This document shows, one piece after another, positions 54,862 through 64,000 of a stretch of 64,000 bases of DNA (positions are counted from its first letter, which is position 1; every line of letters begins with the position of its first letter). A program made the translations under genes and the position numbers. This DNA is from Thermoanaerobaculia bacterium. GTDB lineage: Bacteria > Acidobacteriota > Thermoanaerobaculia > Multivoradales > JAIOJS01. Location of the stretch: assembly GCA_030429235.1 (NCBI GenBank), contig JAUIDB010000010.1:13334-77333 (forward strand), given 5' to 3'. The notes under the pieces are model-generated. The model saw only the letters and a program-made list of their open reading frames with translations, was not told the DNA's origin and made no database searches.

Positions 54862-55449
54862 TTGGATGACCTGACACTCGTAGAACGTTGCCGACTCGGC
54901 GACGACATCGCCTGGGAGGCACTCGTGCGGCGCTATCAGCACCGGGTGTTCGGGGTCGCCTTGCACTATCTACGGAATCGAGAGGATGCCCAGGACGCAG
55001 CCCAGGAGATCTTCGTCAAGGTCTACCGCGGGCTGGGGAAACTGGAGCCGGGGCGCGCCTTTCTGCCCTGGTTGCTGCGCGTCGCCCGCAACGGTTGCAT
55101 CGACCGCATTCGACGGCGCAAGGTCCGAACCCCCGAGATCGAAGTGCCAGTCGAAGATTGCTACGACCTGTCGGCCGACGATCCCACTCCCGAGGACCGT
55201 TCACTACTCAGCGGGCGGCAGGCTCTGCTGTACCAGGCGTTGGGCCAGATCAGCGACAACCATCGAGAGCTGATCCTGCTCAAGGAGATCCAGGAGATGG
55301 AGATTCGTGAGATCGCGGATCTGCTCGACCTGCCGCTGGGAACGGTCAAGTCCCGTTCCAACCGCGCCCGGCTGGAACTCGCACGGGCGGTGCGCTCGCT
55401 CGAAACGGGCCAGGCACGCAACCCGGCGGTACAGGAGGTGGCACCATGA
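54862..55449 (+). CDS. ECF RNA polymerase sigma factor
   Basis: Region 2 is 'DAQDAAQEIFVKVYRGLGKLEPGRAFLPWLLRVARNGCIDRIRRR'. Region 4 is 'ILLKEIQEMEIREIADLLDLPLGTVKSRSNRARLEL'. It uses a non-ATG start as given by the ORF track. Confidence 0.85.
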   Translation: MDDLTLVERCRLGDDIAWEALVRRYQHRVFGVALHYLRNREDAQDAAQEIFVKVYRGLGKLEPGRAFLPWLLRVARNGCIDRIRRRKVRTPEIEVPVEDCYDLSADDPTPEDRSLLSGRQALLYQALGQISDNHRELILLKEIQEMEIREIADLLDLPLGTVKSRSNRARLELARAVRSLETGQARNPAVQEVAP

Positions 55450-56246
55450 TCTGCTCGGATTTCGAGGGGCGTCTGGAGGCACTCGCAGAGGGCCGCCTCG
55501 GCGACCGTGCCGCGCAGGACTGCCGAGAGCACGCGGCCCGTTGCTCGGCTTGTTCCGAGTTGCTCTTCCTAGCGGGTCTCGGGCCCACCGAGGGGTCCGT
55601 GGTGGATCTCACGCCGGCGGTACTGGCGGCCACCAGTGGTTCCCTCTGCGAAGCGGTCCAGGGGCAACTGGCGGACGTCGAGTCTGGGGTCGGAGTTGCC
55701 GGAGCGGCCACCTACGACGAGGCGTTGGCGTCGCACCTGGACCACTGCCCGGAGTGCGAGGCGATCGCCGGTGTGCTCCACGGGTTGCCGCGGGAACTCC
55801 CCGCGCTGGCCGAGGTCCGGGCGCCGTACGGTTTCGTCGCCGCCGTACTCCGGCGCACCCTGCCGCCGACGACTCGCTGGCGACGGCGTTGCGCCACCGC
55901 GTGGCAGGATTGGGTCCGGCGGCCACGCTTCGCTACCGAACTGGCCTACGCGCTCACCGTCGCGCTATTGATCCTGGTCGGCAATCCGGCCACCCCCCTG
56001 TCGGCGATGTCGGATACGGCGCGTCGGGCGCTGCCGCGCGGCGAAGACCTGGCCCAACGAGTCGCTCCCCTGGAGAGCAAGCTCGAGCAGTATGGGGAGT
56101 CGATCGGCCACTCGCCGGCGGTGCGGGTGTTCGTGGCGGGGGCGGAGTGGAGTCAGGACCGGGTGGACGATCTGTGGCAGAGCACGTCGAGGGCCCTGTC
56201 CGACCTCGAGGCCGGCCTGACCGAGCTGTTCGGTCCCGGCCGCTAA
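55446..56246 (+). CDS. Anti-sigma factor with an N-terminal zf-HC2 zinc finger
   Basis: 'CSDFEGRLEALAEGRL...CREHAARCSAC' follows the zf-HC2 pattern. The ATGA overlaps the sigma gene. It has a TM segment and a periplasmic C-terminal part. Confidence 0.7.
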   Translation: MICSDFEGRLEALAEGRLGDRAAQDCREHAARCSACSELLFLAGLGPTEGSVVDLTPAVLAATSGSLCEAVQGQLADVESGVGVAGAATYDEALASHLDHCPECEAIAGVLHGLPRELPALAEVRAPYGFVAAVLRRTLPPTTRWRRRCATAWQDWVRRPRFATELAYALTVALLILVGNPATPLSAMSDTARRALPRGEDLAQRVAPLESKLEQYGESIGHSPAVRVFVAGAEWSQDRVDDLWQSTSRALSDLEAGLTELFGPGR

Positions 56247-56389
56247 CCGTCCGCAGTCCTCCGGACGCGTCCCTGTCGTCGACGACCTCGGGATCCGCGC
56301 GAACTCTTCGCGGTCGCTGACGTATGATTTCCTGAGTCTAGGAAATCAGCGACCACCGTGGCGTCGGCTCACGGTACGGAGGAGGCCGA

Positions 56390-58906
56390 ATGCGTAGAGG
56401 ATCGACCAGGGCGGCGACAGGTTCCACTCTTCTGGCCTTGGCCGCGGCGCTGGGTGGCTTGGCATGGCTGGCCTGCACTCCCGACGCTCCTGAGCCGGCC
56501 CCGGTCCCCCCTCTCCGCTTCCACTTGGCGAGCCAACTGAACACCGCGACGGTCGTGGCGCCGACGGCTCCCGACAGCACACCCTTGGACTGGCAGGGCC
56601 GCGATCTCGAGACGACGTGGACGCTGCTGGGCAGCGAATCGGTGCCTCACTTTGCGACCCTGGCTCCGACCTTCACCGACGAGGGAGTCGATCTCGACTT
56701 CGGGGTGCCGGCACAGCCGCGGGGACCGCTGCGGGTGGGTGGACTGCGCATCGACCTCGAAGCGAGCGACTTCGGTCGCTGGGATACCGTGCTGGTCGAG
56801 GCCCGTTCGAGTGATCGTTTTGCGGGAGTCACGGTGGCGGTCAACGTCGACGACGACGAGGCGCTGCCGGGTTTCATGCGGTTCTTCGCGTCGACTGGAA
56901 ACTGTCCCCCGATCTTCAACGATGGTTCGATCCAGACCTACGCGATTCCGATCAGCCTGGCTGAGAAGCAGACCCGCCCCGACCAACTGAAAAGCCTCGC
57001 GGTGCTCTTCGCGGCGCCCGGCGAGGCTACGATCCAGGTCCGGTCGGTCCGTTTGGTACCGCACGGCGCCTCGTACCCGGAAGAAGCCGGCGTCCTGCGC
57101 ACCGAGCGCGGGGGCACCACCCGCGAGGCGCTCTATCTACGGACACCAGGCGAGATCTCCCTCGAGGTGCCAGCCATGGGGGAGAGCCGGCTCGATTTCG
57201 GCCTCACCGCCGAGGTCGACCGCCCCGTCACGTATCGTTTGTTGCGAAGGTTCGGAGATTCCGAGGAGGTGCTGTTCGAGCGCACCGTCGAGGCGGCAGA
57301 GAGCTGGGAACAGTTCAGCCAACCGCTGAACCTGAACGAACCGACGCAGCTCGTCCTGGCGGCCGAGGCCGCGGAGCCCGGGACGGTCGCGCTGTGGGGT
57401 TCTCCGGTGGTGAGTTCCACTCCGCCGCCCGGCGGGCCACCCAACGTCATCTTCTACGTCATCGATGGCGGCGACGCCAACCTGATGAGCCTCTACGAGT
57501 ACGGCCGACCGACCACTCCCTACCTCGAGAGTCTGGCCAACGAGGGGGTTCTGTTTGGGCGGGCGTACTCCAATGCAACTTGGACCCAACCGTCGACGGT
57601 CTCGTTCCTCACCTCGCTGCAGCACAGTGTGCTGGGTGGCTTGCGTCGCGGCATCCACTCGACCCCGGTGCCGACGGCGGCGGTGACCATGGCCGAGCAC
57701 TTCCGTCAGGGCGGTTACACCACGGCTTCCTTTACCGCCAACCCCAACGCCGGTCGGATGGTCGGTACCGATCGGGGGGTCGACTGGATGCGGGATGCGG
57801 CGACCGAGAACCACTCGACTTCGTCCCTGACCCTGCACGAGGAGTTCTGGAAGTACCGCGATGCCTACCCGCAGGGGCCGTTCTTCGTCCACTTCCAGAC
57901 CACTGACGTCCACGAACCGAACCACCCCGAGGAGCCCTTTGCCGGCACCTTCGTCGGCGCGGAGCAGTTGGCCGAGTTCGAGGAGTGGGACAATCGGCTC
58001 TGGGGCGCCGTCTTCCCCTGGTTCGGACGCACCTCGGTGGTCGACCTCTACGACCGGGGTATCGAGGCCAGCGGAGTGGATCGCTACGCCTACTTCGCGG
58101 TCCGTAATGGGCTCTACGACGAGACCATGCTCCACCAGGACCACGCCCTCGAGCAGTTCGTGCAGGAACTCCGGGACCGGGGTGAGTGGGAGAACACGAT
58201 CCTGGTGATCGGCGCTGACCACGGACATCCGGCGGGGACCTTCGCCCGCTTCGGTCGTGGACTCCTCGATCCCCAGCCCGAACCCTGGCAGGGCGCCTTG
58301 GCAGATGCCTACGCCACTCGCGTACCCTTCCTCGTGGTGTGGCCGGGTCAGTTGGAGGGTGGTCGGCGGATCGACCGCCCCGTGTCGATGCTCGACGTGT
58401 TGCCCACGGTGCTGGAACTCGCCGGCCTGCCGGAGCCGGAAGTCTTACAGGGGCAGTCGCTGGCGCCGCTGCTGCGTGGGGGGGAGATCGAGGCTCGTCC
58501 GGTGATCCTGGACGAGTTCCGCGTCGACGAAACCAGCGGCGAGCTGATCGGAAATCTCGAGATCATCGACGGCCGCTGGGCCGCTTCGCTCGAGATCGGC
58601 CCCACTCCGGAGGAGACGGCGCCAGGGTTCGGTCGCTACCAGGTGCCGGCTGGAGGCCGTTGGGGGGCCGTTCATCCCTTCTTCCCCGACGTTCCGAGGC
58701 TGTTGCTCTACGACCTCGAGGAAGATCCCTTCACGACCCGGGCCGTCAACGAAGAGCATCCGGACCTGGTGCGCAAATACACGCGGTTGCTGCAGGAACA
58801 CTGGCAGGCGCACCAGGCTCTCGCCACCCGATTCAGCGAGGCGGGTGAGGTCACCCTGGATCCGGAACAGCTCGAGCAGCTCAAGGCACTGGGCTACATC
58901 CAATAG
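56390..58906 (+). CDS. Sulfatase-like (alkaline-phosphatase superfamily) lipoprotein with Thr at the nucleophile position and a ~340-aa N-terminal domain of unknown function
   Basis: ATG with a GGAGGAGG RBS and lipobox 'LAWLACT'. 'PNVIFYVIDGGDANLMS' carries the metal-binding Asp. 'ATWTQPSTVSFLTS' aligns to the sulfatase CSPSRAALLTG with C to T and R to T. 'LVIGADHGHP' is present. Confidence 0.75.
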   Translation: MRRGSTRAATGSTLLALAAALGGLAWLACTPDAPEPAPVPPLRFHLASQLNTATVVAPTAPDSTPLDWQGRDLETTWTLLGSESVPHFATLAPTFTDEGVDLDFGVPAQPRGPLRVGGLRIDLEASDFGRWDTVLVEARSSDRFAGVTVAVNVDDDEALPGFMRFFASTGNCPPIFNDGSIQTYAIPISLAEKQTRPDQLKSLAVLFAAPGEATIQVRSVRLVPHGASYPEEAGVLRTERGGTTREALYLRTPGEISLEVPAMGESRLDFGLTAEVDRPVTYRLLRRFGDSEEVLFERTVEAAESWEQFSQPLNLNEPTQLVLAAEAAEPGTVALWGSPVVSSTPPPGGPPNVIFYVIDGGDANLMSLYEYGRPTTPYLESLANEGVLFGRAYSNATWTQPSTVSFLTSLQHSVLGGLRRGIHSTPVPTAAVTMAEHFRQGGYTTASFTANPNAGRMVGTDRGVDWMRDAATENHSTSSLTLHEEFWKYRDAYPQGPFFVHFQTTDVHEPNHPEEPFAGTFVGAEQLAEFEEWDNRLWGAVFPWFGRTSVVDLYDRGIEASGVDRYAYFAVRNGLYDETMLHQDHALEQFVQELRDRGEWENTILVIGADHGHPAGTFARFGRGLLDPQPEPWQGALADAYATRVPFLVVWPGQLEGGRRIDRPVSMLDVLPTVLELAGLPEPEVLQGQSLAPLLRGGEIEARPVILDEFRVDETSGELIGNLEIIDGRWAASLEIGPTPEETAPGFGRYQVPAGGRWGAVHPFFPDVPRLLLYDLEEDPFTTRAVNEEHPDLVRKYTRLLQEHWQAHQALATRFSEAGEVTLDPEQLEQLKALGYIQ

Positions 58907-59024
58907 CGGGGATCATCTCCGTGGCGAGACTTCCGGCCGAGGAGTGGACGGAACCTCGGCGGGGTCAGCTGCGTCTTCTCTGTGAACCGGCACTCAGGTG
59001 CCCAACCCCATGAGGAGAGACGAG

Positions 59025-59675
59025 ATGTCCGAAACACCGATTTCCGATCAGGTCCCATCAGAGGAGGCGCCAGAGAGTGCAGCGCAGAGTCAAGCCCCGC
59101 CGGCCGCCGCGGCCGCGCCGAGGTCTGCTTCCTATCGAACCACCCCGACGTACTCCACCGTGGTCGCCGATGACCCGCGCCGCAAGTCCCCGCTGCTGGC
59201 TTCCTTTCTGTCGGCGATGCCGGGCCTGGGTCAGGTCTACGTGGGCTACTACCAACGGGGCTTCGCCCACCTGCTGACGGTGGCTGGCACGATCGCCGTT
59301 CTCAACACGCGTTCGCTGCACAACAACGAGGCCCTGGTCCCGGCGGTGGCCTTCTTCCTGGTCTTCTTCTGGCTCTACAACATCATCGATGCCGGCCGGC
59401 GGGCGTCCTTCTACAACTACGCCCTGGCCGGAGGAACCGACATCAACCTGCCTCAGGATCTCGGGGCACCGATGAGTGGTTCGATCGCCGGTGGCGTGGT
59501 GGCCATCGCGGTGGGTGCCCTCCTCCTGAGCCACACCCTGCTCGACTTCTCGATGGACTGGCTCGAGGAGTGGTGGCCGATGGCGATCATCGGGTTCGGC
59601 GTGTTCCTGGTCTACCGGGCGCGACAGGACCAGGCGAAGAACTCGACCGCAGCCCACGATCTCGAAGGCTACTGA
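59025..59675 (+). CDS. Hypothetical integral membrane protein (4 TM)
   Basis: The ATG at 59025 has a GAGGAG RBS. The N-terminus is acidic and Pro/Ala-rich, followed by four hydrophobic helices. Confidence 0.55.
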   Translation: MSETPISDQVPSEEAPESAAQSQAPPAAAAAPRSASYRTTPTYSTVVADDPRRKSPLLASFLSAMPGLGQVYVGYYQRGFAHLLTVAGTIAVLNTRSLHNNEALVPAVAFFLVFFWLYNIIDAGRRASFYNYALAGGTDINLPQDLGAPMSGSIAGGVVAIAVGALLLSHTLLDFSMDWLEEWWPMAIIGFGVFLVYRARQDQAKNSTAAHDLEGY

Positions 59676-59766
59676 GCCCGGGAGCGTCTGACCTCGGCTG
59701 CGAGGCACCGGGTCCCGAAGGGCTCGGTGCCTCGTGCTTGGTGCGGGGACGAGGTTGGGCGCCGGC

Positions 59767-61104
59767 TCAGAAGAAGCGGAGCCAGACGTAGAGGTGGGCG
59801 ATGGCCAGAGTCATCAGCAGGACCGGCATGCCCCAGGCCATGAAGCGCGTGAAGGAGATCTTGTGGCCGGCGCGTTCGGCGATACCGAGCACCGCCACGT
59901 TGGCGGAGGCTCCGATCGGGGTCCCGTTGCCTCCCAGGCAGGAACCCAGGGCCAGCGACCACCAGACCGGCAGGATCGAGGGGTGTTGGAGGGTCTGGAC
60001 GCCGCTCGGGGCCGCGCTGCCGACTACGGTCTCCGACATCTCGGCGACCAACGGTGCCATGGTGGCGACGTACGGGATGTTGTCGACGAAGGCCGAGAGG
60101 ATGCCGGAGAACCAGAGCATCACGTAGCTGGTGGTGGCGGTCGAGGCCAGGCTGGGGCTCGTCTCGGCGATCACCACCGCCGAGAGCTGCTCGACGAATC
60201 CCACCTTCACGATTCCGCCGATCACGATGTAGAGCCCGACGAAGAAGAAGATCGTAGGCCACTCGACCGCGGCGAACACCTCGTGCGGATCTTCCTTCGA
60301 AATCAGCAAGAGGAGGGCGGCTCCGGCGAGGGCGACGGCCGCGGGTTCGATGTGGGTCACGCTGTGGAACATGAACCCAGCGGTGACCAGGAGCAGCACC
60401 AGAATCGACTTCTTGACCAACGAGGGATCGCGGATCAGCTTCCCTTCGTTCATCCCGAGGATGTGTTGACGTTTGTCCTCGTCGACCCTCATGCGTCCGA
60501 AGAAGGCCCAGAGCACGACGAGCAGGGCTCCCATCATGACGATGACGACGGGACCGAGGTTGACGACGAAGTCGAGGAACCCCAGTTTCGAGCGCGATGC
60601 GATCATCAGGTTCGGGGGGTCACCGATCAGCGTGGCGGTACCCCCGATGTTGGAGGCGAGAGCTTCGGCGATCAAGAAGGGCACCGGGTCGAGTTCCAGC
60701 TCGTCGGCAATCAGCAGTGTCACCGGGGCGAAGAGTAGGACAGTCGTTACGTTGTCGAGCAGGGCCGAGAAGAAGGCGGTGGCGATCACGAAGAGCACCA
60801 TGATCGGAAACGGCCGACCTCCGACGAGTTTGGCCATGCGCACCGCGCACCACTCGAAGGCGCCGCTCTTGCCCAGGATGTCGACGATCACCATCATGCC
60901 GATCAGGAGGAAGATCACGCCGTGATCGATCCCGAGTTCGGCGGAGTGGAAGGCCTCCTCCTGGGTCAAGAGGCCGAGTCCCAGCACCACGCCGGCGCCG
61001 AGGAGGGCGGCTTTGGTCTTGTGGACCTTTTCACTGACGATCAGGCCCAGCGTGGCGACAAAGGTCGCGCACGCCGTCCAGTAGGCCAAGCTTCCAGAGA
61101 GCAT
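59767..61104 (-). CDS. ArsB/NhaD-superfamily (CitMHS-like) anion/cation permease
   Basis: Polytopic membrane protein. 'LLDNVTTVLLFAPVTLLIA' and 'GGTATLIGDPPNLMIA' are motifs typical of the ArsB/NhaD permease fold. Confidence 0.7.
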   Translation of the reverse strand: MLSGSLAYWTACATFVATLGLIVSEKVHKTKAALLGAGVVLGLGLLTQEEAFHSAELGIDHGVIFLLIGMMVIVDILGKSGAFEWCAVRMAKLVGGRPFPIMVLFVIATAFFSALLDNVTTVLLFAPVTLLIADELELDPVPFLIAEALASNIGGTATLIGDPPNLMIASRSKLGFLDFVVNLGPVVIVMMGALLVVLWAFFGRMRVDEDKRQHILGMNEGKLIRDPSLVKKSILVLLLVTAGFMFHSVTHIEPAAVALAGAALLLLISKEDPHEVFAAVEWPTIFFFVGLYIVIGGIVKVGFVEQLSAVVIAETSPSLASTATTSYVMLWFSGILSAFVDNIPYVATMAPLVAEMSETVVGSAAPSGVQTLQHPSILPVWWSLALGSCLGGNGTPIGASANVAVLGIAERAGHKISFTRFMAWGMPVLLMTLAIAHLYVWLRFF

Positions 61105-61133
61105 GGTCGAATCTCCGTAGAGGGTCGGGGGCG

Positions 61134-61598
61134 CTATCCTGCGGGGGTGTCTTCTTCGAGGAGCAGGGGAGCGAGATGGTTGAGAACGGTGCGGCGGGTG
61201 ATCATGCCCACGAAACGGCCCTCCTCGAGAACCGGGAGGGTCTTTCGGCGATGCTCGACGATCAAACCCACGACCTTGATCAGACTGTCGTCCGGTGCCA
61301 CCGCGTCGATCTTGGTCGACATCAGGTCGCGCACCAGTACCTTACGGATCCGTGGCGCTCGCTCCTCGAGGTAGTCGGCGTGGACTACGTCGGCGAGCTT
61401 CAGATCGAGATCGAGGTAGAGCGGCACGAACTTCTTGAGCAGGTCGTGGACTCCGACCAGACCGAGGAGTTCTCGTTCTGGACCGAGTACCGCGGCCGTG
61501 GCCTGCCGACTGGCCAGGACCCTCGGCAAGAGGGTACCCAAGGCCTCGTCTGGGTAGGTCGTCAGCGGATCGTCGAGGAGGGCGTCACGTACGAGCAT
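61134..61598 (-). CDS. CBS-domain pair protein, probably co-transcribed with the transporter
   Basis: Two CBS motifs ('VRDALLDDPLTTYPDEALGTLLPRVLASRQATAAVLGPERELLGLVGVHDLLK', 'VRDLMSTKIDAVAPDDSLIKVVGLIVEHRRKTLPVLEEGRFVGMITRRTVL'). The ORF opens further upstream (Arg-rich, unlikely). ATG at 61598. Confidence 0.6.
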   Translation of the reverse strand: MLVRDALLDDPLTTYPDEALGTLLPRVLASRQATAAVLGPERELLGLVGVHDLLKKFVPLYLDLDLKLADVVHADYLEERAPRIRKVLVRDLMSTKIDAVAPDDSLIKVVGLIVEHRRKTLPVLEEGRFVGMITRRTVLNHLAPLLLEEDTPAG

Positions 61599-61759
61599 GG
61601 TGGGCTTCGCGAGGGGGCGGGAACGCAGTCGAATCGACTGCGCCCCGGACCCTACACCAGGACGCCGAGGATTTCGAGGGTCTCGGCCAGGGAGTACCGG
61701 CGGCGCAGCGTCCAGTGCCATGGCCTCATCCCGACGAGGCCGTGGCGGTCGGAACGAGA

Positions 61760-62464
61760 CTAGAACGGATTCGTGGCGAAGACGGCGAGTTCGGGGATGA
61801 ACCCGCGGTCGTTCATCTCGAGACCGTTGACGATCGCGGCGGCAATGTCTTCGGGACGGAGCTTCTTCGCATCGCCGGGATCCTGGGCCAGACCGGCTCG
61901 AGGGTAGAAGTCGGTGACCACCTCCGAGGGGTTGATCAAGAGTACGCGGACGTCGTGGCGTCGCAGTTCGTCGCGCCAGCAGTCGTTCATCCCGCGCAGG
62001 GCAAACTTGGACGAGGAATAGGCGGTGCCGCCGGCGAAACCCTTCAGGGCAGCGGTCGAGGCGACGTTGACGATCGCGCCCGAGCGCTGAGCCACCAGGT
62101 GGCGAGCGACCTCGCGCGCGACGAGAAACGCTCCGAAGACGTTGGTCTCGTAGACTCGTCGCAGGTCGCTGAGTTCGGTCTCGAGCAGAGGGGCGAAGGT
62201 ACCGAACCCGGCGTTGTTGACGACCGCGTCGATGCCCCCGAACTCCTCGACGAAACGCGCCACCATCGCGACGACCGTCGCCTCGTCGCTGACGTCCCCG
62301 GGCAGCGCCAGACATCCGAGTTCCGCCGCGGCCTCGGCCAGGCGCTCGGGGTTCCTTCCGTTGATGGCCACGCGAGCCCCACGGGCGACGAGGGCCGCGG
62401 CGGTGGAGCGACCGATGCCGCTCGATCCCCCGGTGACGAGGATTCGACTGTTCTTGAGTTCCAT
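61760..62464 (-). CDS. SDR-family short-chain dehydrogenase/reductase
   Basis: 'ILVTGGSSGIGRSTA' is the Rossmann motif, 'NNAG' is present, and 'YSSSKFALRGM' gives the catalytic Tyr/Lys. AAGGAG RBS. Confidence 0.85.
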   Translation of the reverse strand: MELKNSRILVTGGSSGIGRSTAAALVARGARVAINGRNPERLAEAAAELGCLALPGDVSDEATVVAMVARFVEEFGGIDAVVNNAGFGTFAPLLETELSDLRRVYETNVFGAFLVAREVARHLVAQRSGAIVNVASTAALKGFAGGTAYSSSKFALRGMNDCWRDELRRHDVRVLLINPSEVVTDFYPRAGLAQDPGDAKKLRPEDIAAAIVNGLEMNDRGFIPELAVFATNPF

Positions 62465-62475
62465 GGCAGGCTCCT

Positions 62476-64000
62476 TCAGGGGGTCTCGGTGGCGAGTTCG
62501 AGCAGGGCGGCGGTCATCATCTTCAAGTTGAGTTCGACCTGGTCTCGGGTGACGAACTCATGTTCGCTGTGGCCGGTGTACGGAGTGTTCGGCATCGACG
62601 GGCCGAAGTTGACGGCTCCCGGCAGCAGCTTGGCGTGGGTGGATCCCCCGATCGCCACCGGTTGGGCGTCTGCCTGACCGGTGTAGTGGCGGTAGACCGA
62701 GAGTAGGGTAGCGACGTGGGGAGCGTCGCGCTGGTCGATCGGGTCGCTGACGCTAACCTCGAGTTCGGCGAATCCGCGGCCTGGATCCTGTTCCCGTTGC
62801 CAGGCGGAGAGCGCATCCAGCGTCGCGGCCATGACGGCCTCTCGACTCCTTCCCGAGGGACGGCGGAAACTGATCCCGAGTTCGAGCTTCCAATCTTTGC
62901 TGCGCACTCTCGCCGCGGTCAGGGTCAGGCGTCCCATGAACTCGTCTTGGTAGGCGAGGTCTCCGAATCGGCCCGCGTAGTTCCCTCTCCCGACCAGGTC
63001 GTCGATCAGGCGTACGACCCCGGCGGCGGCGCTGGGGGGCCAGTCGACGGTGGCGAGGACGGTCGCCAATCGCGTCAGGGCGTTGTCACCCTCCTCCGGT
63101 ACGCTGGAGTGAGCCCCCGTACCGCTGGCCGAGATCTGCAGCTGGTCTCCGGTTCGCTGCAGGGTCACCAGACCGCCACCGTAGGCGGCGATGGCGGTGC
63201 CGAGTTCCTTCTCGATCGCCTCGGTGGCTCGATCGACGGTGGCTGAAGCGCGGCTCGGGACGATCGACAGGCCGGTTCCGGCCTCCAGGTGGGACAACCA
63301 GGGTTCTTCGAGGCCCAGGCCATCGCCCCAGAGCGGGAAGAAGACGTCGACGCCGCCCCAGGCCTTCTCGGCGACGGTGACCGGATAGCTCGAGTCGAAC
63401 ACGACGTTGAGGGGGGGAGGCGGGTGGTCGACGAGATAGTTGCGGAACGGATTCCAGTCGAGTTCCTCGCTGAGGGAGACGATCAGTTCGATGCGGCGCT
63501 GCATCGGGCGTCCGGAGTCGGCGACGGCCTTCATGGCGTAGAGGGCGACGGCGATGGCTCCTTTGTCGTCTTCGGTGCCCCGGCCGATGAGCCGGCCCGG
63601 CTCGGTCTCGGCGTCGAGCGTGAAGGGGTCCTTGGCCCACTGGCTGGCATCGACCGGTTGCACGTCGCCGTGGGTGACGAGTCCGAGGCGGTCCTTCGAA
63701 TCACCGAGACCGACGACCACCACGAGTCCGTGGTCCTCGACGTCGAAGCCGAGTTCGGCGGCGCGCTCGGCGAGGTAGCGTCGGATCTTTACGTACTCCT
63801 CGAGCTCCCCGTCGGCGGGTTGTTCGAGTTTGAAGGTACGGAAGGAGACGAGGTCGGCGAGGGTCTCGATCGTCGGCTCCAGATACCGGGCGGCCGCGGC
63901 CTCGCCCAGTTGGAGATTCTCCGTCGCCGGTTCGGGCAAGGACCAGGCAGGCGAGGCGATGGCCAGGAGGCAGACCACCAGCGGAGATCGGAGGAGAAGG
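62476..64000 (-). CDS. M20-family metallopeptidase (dipeptidase/Sapep-like), secreted. The 5' end probably lies beyond the window
   Basis: 'LGLVTHGDVQPV' and 'GRGTEDDKGAIAVALYAM' are M20 metal-binding motifs. In-frame hydrophobic sequence ('LLLRSPLVVCLLAIASPAWS') continues to the window edge. Confidence 0.7.
   Translation of the reverse strand, partial: LLLRSPLVVCLLAIASPAWSLPEPATENLQLGEAAAARYLEPTIETLADLVSFRTFKLEQPADGELEEYVKIRRYLAERAAELGFDVEDHGLVVVVGLGDSKDRLGLVTHGDVQPVDASQWAKDPFTLDAETEPGRLIGRGTEDDKGAIAVALYAMKAVADSGRPMQRRIELIVSLSEELDWNPFRNYLVDHPPPPLNVVFDSSYPVTVAEKAWGGVDVFFPLWGDGLGLEEPWLSHLEAGTGLSIVPSRASATVDRATEAIEKELGTAIAAYGGGLVTLQRTGDQLQISASGTGAHSSVPEEGDNALTRLATVLATVDWPPSAAAGVVRLIDDLVGRGNYAGRFGDLAYQDEFMGRLTLTAARVRSKDWKLELGISFRRPSGRSREAVMAATLDALSAWQREQDPGRGFAELEVSVSDPIDQRDAPHVATLLSVYRHYTGQADAQPVAIGGSTHAKLLPGAVNFGPSMPNTPYTGHSEHEFVTRDQVELNLKMMTAALLELATETP

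Noticed and set aside
1-64000. CRISPR arrays, rRNA or tRNA genes, integrases, transposases or IS elements, and phage or restriction/defence genes
   Set aside because: I saw no regular short direct-repeat arrays, no recognisable tRNA cloverleaf-bearing intergenic segments, and no integrase or transposase motifs. tRNA or ncRNA cannot be fully excluded without tRNAscan or Infernal.

Overview
This is a 64 kb window of a high-GC (roughly 65-70%) bacterial chromosome. It is gene-dense, shows no sign of phage or IS elements, and I found no rRNA, tRNA or CRISPR by eye. Its content is dominated by secreted and envelope proteins and by signal transduction. I call about 50 coding regions, including:
- a VWA-domain protein, an M28 peptidase, and a Kelch-like secreted protein downstream of a near-consensus sigma-54 promoter;
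- an ankyrin-repeat membrane protein with a coiled-coil lipoprotein in a lower-GC patch;
- a Hanks-type Ser/Thr kinase next to an FHA-domain sigma-54 activator;
- a PadR regulator with its HAAS/DUF1700 membrane partner;
- a Tat-exported ELWxxDG-repeat beta-propeller, two esterase-family hydrolases and a 2TM protein;
- two 'sulfatase-like' lipoproteins, both with Thr at the nucleophile position, and a SurA-like PPIase;
- a Pmp-like beta-helix protein with a lamin-tail domain, a cytochrome c and a VOC protein;
- two ECF sigma/anti-sigma pairs (one ChrR-type, one zf-HC2);
- a four-gene operon of POTRA outer-membrane protein, DUF4390-like protein, histidine kinase and NtrC-type sigma-54 response regulator;
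- two small OM beta-barrels, an FAD-linked oxidase, an HxlR regulator, a HEAT-repeat protein with an HD-GYP partner, and a 1116-aa PD40/amidohydrolase fusion;
- an ArsB/NhaD-like transporter with a CBS protein, an SDR and an M20 peptidase.

The most unusual signal is a conserved extreme C-terminal tail, (L/I)FADGFESGD(T/V)xxW, on four secreted proteins with otherwise unrelated architectures. This looks like an undescribed C-terminal sorting or processing tag. Other points of interest are three sigma-54 -24/-12 promoter candidates alongside two sigma-54 activators, Thr-for-Cys 'sulfatases', a lower-GC patch carrying a gene remnant, and a second short shared motif, PVELxxFxxE. The gene content (ankyrin, TPR, sulfatase-like, lamin-tail, ELWxxDG) resembles Acidobacteria, Gemmatimonadota, Myxococcota or sponge-symbiont genomes, but that is inference only.
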